Of a DNA stretch of 64,000 nt, positions 11,001-20,285 are shown one piece after another. Location: the NCBI GenBank assembly GCA_965208615.1, contig CBDBPB010000006.1, forward strand, positions 1-64,000. Reading direction: 5' to 3'. This DNA is from Spirochaetota bacterium (GTDB lineage Bacteria > Spirochaetota > UBA6919 > CBDBPB01). Position 1 is the first letter of the stretch, and each line of letters opens with the position of its first letter. The notes beneath the pieces are model-generated. The model made no database searches. It had not been told where the DNA came from and saw nothing but the letters and a program-made list of their open reading frames with translations. The position numbers and the translations under genes are program-made.

Positions 11001-11724
11001 TTATGTTAATATCTTTGTTATTTTCGGATAGCTTAGTTATTCCAACAATCTTGTTTAGCTTTTCTGTATTTATGATCATGGTATTCTTAAAAACAGGTAC
11101 TGCACCACCGGTTAAACCAGTACCTGCACCCCTTGGGATTATTTTTAAGTCAAGTTTTTTAGCCGCTTTTATTAGTTTAGCAATCTCACTCTCACTATCA
11201 GGGTAGACTATAACAAAAGGATACTCAATTCTCCAATCACTGGCGTCAGTACTGTGGGATACCTTATCAAAAGCAGAAAAGCTAATATTAGTTTTATTAG
11301 TAATGCTGGCTAAAACAGGGAGTAGCTTTTTTCGCATTTTTTTTTCATATTCAAATTGCCTAAAGAAAGCAGTTTTAAACTTTTTAGTTTTCGTCAAAAG
11401 AGCTTTTACAAGGCTACTAGTATTATCATCTGGATTTATTCCTTTTTCAATAATATCCAGCCTCATATTGTGTATTTTTTCTAATTTTAAACGTTTTTTA
11501 TTGTTCTCCAAAAGGTTATTGAATATATATGGATTCCTGTCTATGATAAAAAAGTCGCCATAGATCTCCAAAAGTAGTTTTGCACTTCTACCAGTAATCC
11601 TCTTATCTCTAAGTCTATTAAGGATATCCCATGTATCCTTATCAAAGTATTTTAATATTATCTCTTTATCAGAAAATGAGGTATAATTATATGGTATTTC
11701 ACGAAATCTAAAGTCTTTTTTCAT
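8002..11724 (-). CDS. Large FAD-binding/Fe-S oxidoreductase (GlcD/GlcF-like fusion with DUF3683-type N-terminus)
   Basis: REIPYNYTSFSDKEI N-terminus; PRGAGTGLTGGAVP, HMHAGDGNIHVNIPV, GEHGIG; two CxxCxxCxxxC clusters; CCG domains. Confidence 0.85.
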   Translation of the reverse strand: MKKDFRFREIPYNYTSFSDKEIILKYFDKDTWDILNRLRDKRITGRSAKLLLEIYGDFFIIDRNPYIFNNLLENNKKRLKLEKIHNMRLDIIEKGINPDDNTSSLVKALLTKTKKFKTAFFRQFEYEKKMRKKLLPVLASITNKTNISFSAFDKVSHSTDASDWRIEYPFVIVYPDSESEIAKLIKAAKKLDLKIIPRGAGTGLTGGAVPVFKNTMIINTEKLNKIVGITKLSENNKDINIIELGSGVVTNDAMNYSKKRGLIFATDPTSAWASTIGGNIAENSGGKKAVMWGTAIDNIYSFKIFNSNGNILEVKRRDHPHRKIMTNDNVIFDVYLCDKAKGIYRARKKKNKLINSIIMMGKDIRKNGLGKDVTNKALMGVPGIQKEGGDGIITSAKFVLYEPFSFKRTICLEFFGKNMLNASKAIIYIIELFKNNDNAFLTALEHFDNKYIDAINYKNKSDRIDKIKAVLLIDIEGNNEDYVISACDNIISSLISYNAQGFTASTERDRESFWADRKNLGAIAKHTNAFKLNEDIVIPLDSLPEFADFIEKLNIQKELANNIKAIDKINNYLNSISDKHNEFTSNRIINYINYIRDISKTFSDYIADLDSLGDNGLSLFELIRDGKVLISVRELVIDYFRKSFQGHDDILNGLIKVLEEVIAKRLVIATHMHAGDGNIHVNIPVHSSDYMMMQDADDTVTIIMKKATDLNGVISGEHGIGLTKLRFLDSHNINEYNKYKKESDPHDLFNPGKLISDFPINTIYTPSFNLLELEAFILKATDLELLNMSIANCLRCCKCKTVCNTNYPAKTMFYNPRNKILGVALISEAVLYDAQTSNHLSFRHFKMLRDISDHCTLCHKCEVPCPVNIDFGNITLSIRKLLIDRKKRRFHLITWLTLFYLSRHNYYINKILRLGFLSLGFKAQRMAHYITKPFYKVLDKAIPTIAGFLKGRFPKTSGLSIRDRLNLKGVNTFFAFHNQSMPIKKSVLYFAGCGSERMFPDISIAVIALLYYSGIQVVISPEYLCCGYPALANGKTNMAETISYENRVIFHRMADLIGYMKIKDIILSCGTCHERISDHNLYNIFEGSKLRDISEFIAIERLYKKNLNCDYIYHTPCHTPVKDMAINKVFDDILESKVNLTETCCGEAGTLALSSPHISNALRDRKEKDIINSFSLKNNKKANIITSCPSCVQGLSKISNGLSVKGEHLAVHLAKEFLGKRWKAKFLREVQKDGIEHIFM

Positions 11725-12263
11725 ATATACTCCGACCTAATACCTATAGGTTAGTTTTATAAAATTACTGCTTAGCTATATACTAAAAATATACGTATAA
11801 CGTCAATACAAAATAAAAGTAATTATGCCTATATCATATTACCGTATAAATAATCCCTAAAACATTGCCGTAAGAGCATTTGCTGTAGACATCTATATTC
11901 TATAATACTTTATGGTTACTATAAACAGTGGTTATGATATTTGTTAATAATAAATAATAAGTTATAATATTTTATTATTTTAAAAATTAACATTTTATAT
12001 TGACTGCCCGATAATAACAAAAATTATATATATACTTTAATACTTTTTTTTTATATTTAAAGTTTTAGGTTGTTTTTTTAAATAAGTATATTTATAATAA
12101 ATAAAGATAAAGTAATTTCAACTTTAGCTTTAATAAAGTTAATATCCTCTTACTTTGAATATAACTTGTATATAACAGCTAAAAAGAAAATTAATACTGC
12201 TTAAATCATGAAATAGAGTTTGCAAAATATAAACTAATATAATCTAAAACTGGACTTACTAAA

Positions 12264-13959
12264 GTGATATATATTTTATTGGTATCTGGACTAGCTTTTT
12301 TATTAATAACGTTATACTCACTATTAGTTAGTGCAAAAGCTAAACTAGCTCATAAACAAGCTAAAAACCTTGAGGATAGCGGTAAACTAAATGAGGCAGT
12401 AGAGGGATATGAAAAAGCCTTGCAAATACAAACTGACGGAGAACTTCTATGGAAATTAGCAAGTCTCCATGAGAAGATGGGCAGAAAAGAACTAGCTGTA
12501 AAGAGGTTTAGGGAAATAATAAATAGGAAGAAATATCCTCCGTTTGCTGGAGAGTTTGAGGTTAACCTAAGAATTGGGGTACTTTTGTTTAATCTAAAAA
12601 GGGATGAAAATGCTTTTGAGGTATTTATAAAGCTATATAAGACAAATAAAAATGAACAATTAATTATAGAATATCTCACATTAATTGCCTTTGGACAAAG
12701 AAGGTGTGATATTGCTTCTATATTCCTAAATCAGCTAAGTTCAAACTCTAATACTGACTCAAAAGCTGATTCAAAAGTATTTTTCTTATCTGCTATAGCG
12801 GCATACGAAAAAGGTAACTACTTAAAAGCTAATGAAATGGTAAACAAAGCCATACTTAAAACTGAAGAAGACGACTGGAAGCTAATATTAATAGATGGAA
12901 TTACTAATTATCTTTTATCAAAGTGGGATAAAGCTATAAAGTCTCTTGAGAAAATATTAGACAATGATCTAGAGCCTAATGTTATGGAGGCTGTATACCA
13001 AGTTATTGCTAGATGTAATATGAAAATTAAAAGCACTGAAGAAAGTATTCTCTTTATAGAAAGGGCTTATTTAGTGCTTAAAGAGCTGTATCCTGAATAT
13101 AATTGTGAATCTATTTTAGAAGATATCTTTTTTATTAACATTAAGCAGAAAAATATTGAAAAAGCACTTAATTATATAAATGATCTTCTGGCTAAAGATG
13201 CTAATGCAAAAAAGTGGCTAACTATTAAGTCTATATTGGATAACATAGTTGAACAAAAAAGGTTTGTTGATAATATTGATAAGGGTAGTAATAGTATAGC
13301 TAGTCAGACAAGTGTTATAAACCCTACTGACGTTATAGAAGAGTTTTTTGTTGATGAAAATATAAAAGATTTAGGTCACATTCCACCCTTAAGTGATTTT
13401 TTAGAAATATGGCAAAGAAAGGATATTTTAGGAGATATCGTTTGGGATATAGCTAATCTTAATAGGGATAATAAGTTTGATATAAATAGATTTTTTGATG
13501 GTACTTTTTTTGAGCCATCTTTAAAGGGCAAGCATTCTTCTACAGATAGTAAGCCATTTTGTTCTCAGTTTTTTAGTTTTAAAAAAAAGGAGTTTTTAGA
13601 GAGTTCGAGGCAAATTCTAAAAAAGCTAAACTTTAATTTAATAGATGAGAAGTATAGCAGTAAGGATGTATTCCTTGCTCAAGGTGATGGTATTGATTAT
13701 ACGGCTTTTCTTAAGGGGAGTGAAAAGGAAAAGTTTGTAATTCAGATAAGAAGATGGCATTCAGATTCTATAGGCGAGTTAGTTATTAAGGATTCTTGCT
13801 AGTAAGCTTGATAATAAGAATGCTAAACAGGGTATCTTTATTACTACTGGTGAGCTATCCCAGGATGCCATTAATTTTGTAGAAAATAGCGGGAATATTA
13901 ATATAATACAAAAAAACCAGTTAGAGCTTTTATTAGGTGATATGATCTCTATTAACTAA
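12264..13959 (+). CDS. Membrane-anchored TPR protein with C-terminal Mrr-type restriction-endonuclease-fold domain (frameshift near 13793)
   Basis: N-terminal hydrophobic helix, then TPR-like helices, then GDGIDYTA...VIQIRRW...IGELVIKD. The ORF stops at 13802, but another frame continues LASKLDNKNAKQGIFITTGELSQDAINFVENSGNINIIQKNQLELLL to the TAA at 13959, completing the Mrr_cat pattern. Confidence 0.7.
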
Positions 13960-13961
13960 CA

Positions 13962-15698
13962 GTGAATCTTGATGTGAATAATATAAACCTTCCATCATTT
14001 AAGGTTTTAGTAATATTTATTATTTCTATTTTATTGTCTAAGTACTTACCTAGTTCGTTCATATACTTAGAACTTACCGCAAGCATTATAACTTTATTAT
14101 TATTTTTGTTAGCCTATTCGAAGGACTATAATTATGCTAATAAGGTTATTTTTATTAGTCTTATATTTCTTTTTTTATTCTACTCTCATGCTAGAATAGC
14201 TAATAAGCATATCAGCACTCCTACTAACGATAATAGTGAGTTAGTTGCTTTTGCAGGAAAAGTTATATCATATCCATATTGTAGAGTTAGTATAACAGAG
14301 GATAGTAGAGCTAAGTTTAGGCAGGAATATTTATTAGGGGTTAATGAGGTTATTATACGTGGTGATAAGTTTAAGAAGGTCAACTGGACTGTACTAGTTA
14401 AGAGTCAGAATCGGATAAAAGCTTTAAAATTAGGCGATTATATTATTATTCATAGTAAAGCTTTTTTTGTAGGTACAGTTAAGGAGTTTAAGTTTGATAG
14501 GCGAAAGCTTATTCCATGTTGGCAGTATCATTTTGCTAATAATAGGAGTTATAATAGTTTTGACAATAGGTTTGGGGGATTTGAACATTTTGACTACGGG
14601 GAGTATTTACGAAATATAGGAGTGGATTATCTTTCTTATCCTTTTAAGGGGTCTGAGATAAGGCTAATTCCTAAGCCTGAACTAAGTTGGATAGAGAATA
14701 TAGCAGTTAGGGTTCATTATTTTACTTCTAGTCTTTTTAATTTTATAGAGGAGCCAAATAGATCTCTTTTAAAGGGGATTATTTTGGGTGAGCGTAAGGG
14801 GATAGCTGACTATATAGAAAATGATTTTAGGCAGGCTGGTATAAGTCATATTCTATCTGTATCGGGTTTGCATACGGGATTTATTGCCTTAACCCTAATG
14901 CTTTTTTTTAATCTTATTTTTTTTAGACTTCCTAGGCTAACCTCTAGGATGCTTATAGCTATTTTGACTAGTATTAGTTTAATTATTTATGTTGTAGTAG
15001 TGGGTTATAGGCCATCAGTTCTTAGGGCTGTTATAATGTTTATTTGCGGTGCTATTACGGTGATTTTTGATAGGGATAAAAACTATTTAAATCCACTTTT
15101 TATATCGGCCGTAATAGTTTTGTGGATTAATCCCAATTGGCTTTTTACAACAGGATTTCAGTTATCATACCTTGCTACTCTTGGTATAATTCTATATTTC
15201 AGAAAGATAAGGGATTGGATAGTAGATAAGATAGGGCTTAAAATAGTTACTGAGCTTAAGTGGATATTTAATAGTAACAAGGCACTTGCTTTTTTGATAA
15301 AGTGGTTAGTTAATATGTTTGTACTAACAGTTTCTGCACAATTTTTAATCATTCCTATTTTGGTATATCGATTTGGTGGATATTCTATTATTTCTGTTAT
15401 TTCTAATATATTTGTTATTTTTATTGTTCAATTAGCGGTTGCTTTCGGACTTTTATTATTATTTATGTCTTTTTCGGATATATTATTGAATTTCTTGTCT
15501 AATGTTGTGGAGTATATTCTTTTTATACTTTTAAATATGTCTGAGTTTTTTGCAACTATTTCTTTTTCTTATGTTGAGTTAGACATAAACTTTGCTATAG
15601 TGTTATTGTATTATCCTAGTATTTTTATTTTTATATATTACAGAGGGATAAAAAGTTGGATATTACTTGTTAAAAAGCGTTTTACTAAACTATTATAA
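13962..15698 (+). CDS. comEC: ComEC/Rec2 DNA uptake channel without a C-terminal metallo-beta-lactamase domain
   Basis: FDYGEYL, GIILGER, FRQAGISHILSVSGLHTG, PSVLRAVIM, NPNWLFTTGFQLSYLAT. Confidence 0.9.
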   Translation: MNLDVNNINLPSFKVLVIFIISILLSKYLPSSFIYLELTASIITLLLFLLAYSKDYNYANKVIFISLIFLFLFYSHARIANKHISTPTNDNSELVAFAGKVISYPYCRVSITEDSRAKFRQEYLLGVNEVIIRGDKFKKVNWTVLVKSQNRIKALKLGDYIIIHSKAFFVGTVKEFKFDRRKLIPCWQYHFANNRSYNSFDNRFGGFEHFDYGEYLRNIGVDYLSYPFKGSEIRLIPKPELSWIENIAVRVHYFTSSLFNFIEEPNRSLLKGIILGERKGIADYIENDFRQAGISHILSVSGLHTGFIALTLMLFFNLIFFRLPRLTSRMLIAILTSISLIIYVVVVGYRPSVLRAVIMFICGAITVIFDRDKNYLNPLFISAVIVLWINPNWLFTTGFQLSYLATLGIILYFRKIRDWIVDKIGLKIVTELKWIFNSNKALAFLIKWLVNMFVLTVSAQFLIIPILVYRFGGYSIISVISNIFVIFIVQLAVAFGLLLLFMSFSDILLNFLSNVVEYILFILLNMSEFFATISFSYVELDINFAIVLLYYPSIFIFIYYRGIKSWILLVKKRFTKLL

Positions 15699-15835
15699 AG
15701 GCTTTTTTTTAATAAAAAACATTGATAACTTATTTCTAAATTATTAAATTAAAACAATTTTATTATTAGGTTTTAGGTGTTATAGGATAGGTTAAGCCAG
15801 GGGTTATTTATTATATTGGTGATTGGGCTAATATA

Positions 15836-17212
15836 GTGTTAAAGGGGTTATTAGTTATATTGTCTATTTTAGTGAATATAGTTTTAATTATTTATATTGT
15901 ATATTTTAGTCATTCTTGTCATCTGGAGGCTAAGGATGACTTACCTAATATTACTTATAATTGGCCATTTAGAGCTGATGATATTAACAATCTTAGGAGT
16001 ATTATAGATAATGGTTCTGTTGTTGTTGTTGATAAAAATAACAATGTCTTATTGGGATATTATAATAATTATAAGTTCATACCTGCGTCTATAATAAAGA
16101 TAGCCACGTCTGCATCTGCGTTTTATTATTTAAAGGCTGATTATAGGTTTAGAACAGATATAAGTTTAGATAATAATAATAATCTTTATATAAGGGGGCT
16201 TGGTGATCCATTATTGACGTCTTATGAGTTAAGGTTAATGGTAAAGTTTTTGGTTGATAGGGGTTTAACTAAAGTTAACTCTATTTATTTAGACGGCAGT
16301 TTTTTTGATGACATTCGTATATCTGGTATAGAGGATACTAAAAATGCTTATGATGCTATTAATACTGCATTAGCCGCTAATTATAACACTATATCCTATA
16401 AGCTTAGACGTGTTAACTCAAAGCCTATTAGGGTAGTTAGGCGTATTAGGGGGCGTAAGCGTATTAGGTATATAAGGCCAATTACTTATAAGTTTGTACA
16501 GGGTGAAAAGGAGACTCCCATATTTTCGTTTGCATTGGGTTTATTGAACAGTGCAAAGGATGATATACTGGGTTATAAGTTATTAAATAAGAATAAGATA
16601 TCCATAAGGGATAAGTCTAGTTCTTTTTTATATTTTGGTTATTTATTTAGTTATTTGTTATCAGAGGCTAATGTTGAGGTAAATGGTGGAGTAGGTATTA
16701 GACGGGTTCCTAGGGGGCTTGATATTTACTATAGACATTATTCATCAAGGTCCCTGACTGACATTATAAAGGTTTTATTAAAGTACTCCAATAATTTTAT
16801 AGCAAATCAGCTTACTGTGGTTATGGGCTATAAAAAGTTTGCTTATTTACCAGCGGGTTTAGGTCATGGTATTAGGGCAGTTAATGATTTTCTTATTAAT
16901 GAGGTTGGTTTAGGTGGTATTAGGATGACAGAGGGTTCTGGAGTATCTTATGCAAATAGGGTTAGTGCTGATGATATGGTTAAACTTCTTGGTTATATGA
17001 GGCAGTATAAGGGGTTATTTTCTAAGTACGTTGATAATGTTTACGCTAAAACTGGTGGACTTAAGACTGTTAGTTCATTAGCGGGATATATTAATTCGGA
17101 TAGGTTTGGTGAGCTTAGATTTGTTATTATTTTAAACCAGAGTACTAATGGTCGTAATGCAGTATTAAAGGTTATTTTAGATGCTCTTGGTATTGAGAAT
17201 AGTTTAGGTTAG
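15836..17212 (+). CDS. dacB: D-alanyl-D-alanine carboxypeptidase/endopeptidase (PBP4, peptidase S13)
   Basis: PASIIK (SxxK), GLGDPLL, YSNNFIA (SxN), EGSGVS, AKTGGL (KTG), SLAGY. Confidence 0.88.
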   Translation: MLKGLLVILSILVNIVLIIYIVYFSHSCHLEAKDDLPNITYNWPFRADDINNLRSIIDNGSVVVVDKNNNVLLGYYNNYKFIPASIIKIATSASAFYYLKADYRFRTDISLDNNNNLYIRGLGDPLLTSYELRLMVKFLVDRGLTKVNSIYLDGSFFDDIRISGIEDTKNAYDAINTALAANYNTISYKLRRVNSKPIRVVRRIRGRKRIRYIRPITYKFVQGEKETPIFSFALGLLNSAKDDILGYKLLNKNKISIRDKSSSFLYFGYLFSYLLSEANVEVNGGVGIRRVPRGLDIYYRHYSSRSLTDIIKVLLKYSNNFIANQLTVVMGYKKFAYLPAGLGHGIRAVNDFLINEVGLGGIRMTEGSGVSYANRVSADDMVKLLGYMRQYKGLFSKYVDNVYAKTGGLKTVSSLAGYINSDRFGELRFVIILNQSTNGRNAVLKVILDALGIENSLG

Positions 17213-17214
17213 TT

Positions 17215-18858
17215 ATGTCTAAAAGGCCGATAGTGATTTTCGTATTGTTAATTGTATTTGTATTTGGGTTAGTATTATTTTTAGCTTTATACAGGCCTTC
17301 TTATACGGATAAGCCATTTGTTATTTTAATATCTAGGGAGCCTGATAGCCTACATCATTTTTCTAGTAAGATGGGAGTGGGTTTATTAGTTGAGAAGGCA
17401 TTATTTCGTGGCCTTGTAGAGAGGGGTAATAATTTTAGGGTATACCCTGAGCTTGTTAGAGAGGTTCCAACTCTTAGTAATGGTCTTGTTAAAATAAGGT
17501 CTGACGGTAAGATGGAGGTAAGGTGGCGTTTTAAGAGGGGGTTAAGGTGGTCTGACGGTCATCCTCTTGGACCTAAGGATGTTATATTTACTTATAACTT
17601 GTTAAAGCATAAGGATGTGCCTATACTTGCCCTTGAGAAGGCTGATGCAAAGTTTATTGAGTCTATGGCTGTTATTGATGATGGATATACCTTATTGGTT
17701 GTGTGGAAAAAGCCATATTATAATTATTTAACTGCTCATTCCATTTTACCAAAGCATCTACTTTATGAGTCTTTTAAGAATAACCCTAAAGGATTTGATA
17801 GTTTGGCATATTACAAGCATCCTGTTGGGAATGGTCCATATAGGTTTAAGGAGTGGGTTTCTGGCAGTTATATACTTTTGGAGGCTAATGAGTACTATCC
17901 TATAAAGCCCAAGCTAAAGCGTATAGCGTTTAAGGTTGTGAGGGATGTTAATTCTATTTTAGTTAACTTACTGTCTGGTACGGGTGATGCTTGTACTAAT
18001 CTATCCCCTGAGCAGTATTTCTTTCTTAAGAATAGATATTCTGATAAAATAGGCGTATACAAGACTGAGGGCATGGGCTGGCTTCACATTGATATAAATC
18101 TTAATAATGATATACTTAGTGATAGAAAAGTAAGGCGTGCTATTTTGCATGGGATAGACAGAGAAGCAATATCAAGGGCTATATCCTATGGTACTTATGA
18201 GTTATCTCACAGTTGGCTACCAAGACGTCATTATGGATATACTAATCCAAAGACCAAATATTTATATAATCCTACTAGGGCAAAAGAGCTTTTAAAAGAG
18301 GCTGGTTGGATAAGAAAGGCGGATGGCTTTTTGTATAAGGGTAATAAGGTATTATCATTTAGTTTAATGACTGACACTAGGGATAAAAACAGAGTACGTA
18401 TGGCAGTCTTTATGAAAGAGGACTTGCGGAGGCTTGGTATAAAGGTTTTAGTTAGGGCATATCCAACTAGTATTATATTCACAAAGTTTTTGCCCAAGAG
18501 GGATTATGACATGGCATTATATGCTTGGTTTATGATACCTAGGATAGATGGTTTTAGTTATTGGCATAGTGTACAAATACCTAATAGGACTAACAATTGG
18601 AGGGGATATAACTTTACTGGTTTTGCTAATCATAATATTGACAATATATATAAGGAGCTTAGTACTACGGTTAATATAAATAAGCGTTTAGAGTTATTTG
18701 CCATTCACCAAAGAATATGGATTAATGAGCTACCAGCATATCCTATTTTTGTATTGCAGTCATTTTCGGCTAGTAGAAAGGGTTTAACAAACTGGAGGCC
18801 TACTGGTTCTGCAATACCTGTAACTTGGAATGTTGAACATTGGGATATCAACAATTAG
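17215..18858 (+). CDS. Peptide/nickel ABC transporter substrate-binding protein (family 5)
   Basis: RWSDGHPL...DV.FT, PVGNGPYRFKEW, DRKVRRAI..GIDR, YNPTRAKELLKEAGW. Confidence 0.88.
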   Translation: MSKRPIVIFVLLIVFVFGLVLFLALYRPSYTDKPFVILISREPDSLHHFSSKMGVGLLVEKALFRGLVERGNNFRVYPELVREVPTLSNGLVKIRSDGKMEVRWRFKRGLRWSDGHPLGPKDVIFTYNLLKHKDVPILALEKADAKFIESMAVIDDGYTLLVVWKKPYYNYLTAHSILPKHLLYESFKNNPKGFDSLAYYKHPVGNGPYRFKEWVSGSYILLEANEYYPIKPKLKRIAFKVVRDVNSILVNLLSGTGDACTNLSPEQYFFLKNRYSDKIGVYKTEGMGWLHIDINLNNDILSDRKVRRAILHGIDREAISRAISYGTYELSHSWLPRRHYGYTNPKTKYLYNPTRAKELLKEAGWIRKADGFLYKGNKVLSFSLMTDTRDKNRVRMAVFMKEDLRRLGIKVLVRAYPTSIIFTKFLPKRDYDMALYAWFMIPRIDGFSYWHSVQIPNRTNNWRGYNFTGFANHNIDNIYKELSTTVNINKRLELFAIHQRIWINELPAYPIFVLQSFSASRKGLTNWRPTGSAIPVTWNVEHWDINN

Positions 18859-18917
18859 TATTTGTTTAATATTTTTATAGTTGTAAAAAATAGTTAAACT
18901 ATTTTAAGGAGGTTTTT

Positions 18918-20102
18918 ATGCTATTAAGATTGATCATATTAGTTTTGTTTATATCTTTTGTATTTAGCGGCTCTATATTCTCTGCTGATAAAAAAGCTAA
19001 GAAGGTACCTTTATTTGATTTATCCGTTGCTATTGGGACAACTGAGTTTAGTAATTTTAAGAGTCCTATTCATAGCCACCATAGTATGCTCCACCTTACT
19101 AGCTCGGCTTTACACCTTTATACTTTTGGATTAAAGTCTTTTTTTGACGTTACAGGGGGGAGTAACTATGCTGGATTACGGGCATTAGAATGGTTTATGG
19201 GTTTATATGGGACAATATTTTTATCTACTTTGACTCATGAGGCTGCTCACTATCGTTATGATAGGGCTTTTGGTGCTGATGATCTAAAGTTAAAAGTAAA
19301 TGCTTTAGGTTTTGGTACATGGGAAGGTGAAAAAAATGCTATCTATCCTGATATGGATACAGATATTCGTTCTACAACAGTAGGTTTACACCAACAAGCA
19401 GGTTTAGCACGTTTAGCTTTTGAAAGGGTTGTACTAAAGGGCTCTCTGGACTATACTAATAGTTTTATAATAGGCTATAATCAGATGATGCCGTTTATTT
19501 ATGCGATTTTTGATAGCTTTGATTATGAGGGGGATACTTTTAGTTATAGAACTAAGATGCAGGCTAAGGGTTTAGGTATTAGTCATGCACAGGTTATGGC
19601 TGTTACTACTTTAGTTGCTGCTCTTAACACATATACTTGGCAGATGTTTATTTTAGCATATAAGTTTATTGCTGATGGTGATAGAGCTGTTCCTGTTTGG
19701 AACTTATATGGTATAGTTGCTCCACCATTACCTATGTATTATTTAACAAATTATGGTGATTTATTAGAGTTTACCATTCCATTTTTAAAGCCTTTTCCTA
19801 TTTTTGTTGAGATAGGTTTTGGTTTAGCTAAGTTTATGTTTAGGCTTGGAGTAAAACCCCATATACCTATTACTGATATTTTTACACTAATACCCATTTT
19901 ACGGTTTAATTATATGGAGCTTATAAAGAAGGTAGGTTATGAGGTTGGTGTTAGTTTATCTTTTGAGTTTTATGAGAATCTAAAGCTTTTTGGTACTTTA
20001 AGTTACAGTGAGTTTGACCCTCTTGTTGAGGTACAGCTTGGTAATTTCATACATGACTCAAAGGTTTTTTATGCTATTTTTGGTATTAGTTATTCATTTT
20101 AG
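18918..20102 (+). CDS. Exported hypothetical protein with HExxH motif and probable C-terminal beta-barrel
   Basis: AGGAGG RBS; signal peptide; LTHEAAH; amphipathic strands ending AIFGISYSF. Confidence 0.5.
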   Translation: MLLRLIILVLFISFVFSGSIFSADKKAKKVPLFDLSVAIGTTEFSNFKSPIHSHHSMLHLTSSALHLYTFGLKSFFDVTGGSNYAGLRALEWFMGLYGTIFLSTLTHEAAHYRYDRAFGADDLKLKVNALGFGTWEGEKNAIYPDMDTDIRSTTVGLHQQAGLARLAFERVVLKGSLDYTNSFIIGYNQMMPFIYAIFDSFDYEGDTFSYRTKMQAKGLGISHAQVMAVTTLVAALNTYTWQMFILAYKFIADGDRAVPVWNLYGIVAPPLPMYYLTNYGDLLEFTIPFLKPFPIFVEIGFGLAKFMFRLGVKPHIPITDIFTLIPILRFNYMELIKKVGYEVGVSLSFEFYENLKLFGTLSYSEFDPLVEVQLGNFIHDSKVFYAIFGISYSF

Positions 20103-20285
20103 TATTAGAGTTCTAATTTTTATATACGAGCTAAAAAAGTTATAATGAGAATCCAAAAACTGACGATACGATAGTTGAAATTCTATATTTCTTAAGAACT
20201 CTATAATAAGTTATTTAGTTTGGATTGGCTTATGTTAGGAGTTTCTGGATTTGGATATAATTAACTTGTTATATATAAAGCTATT

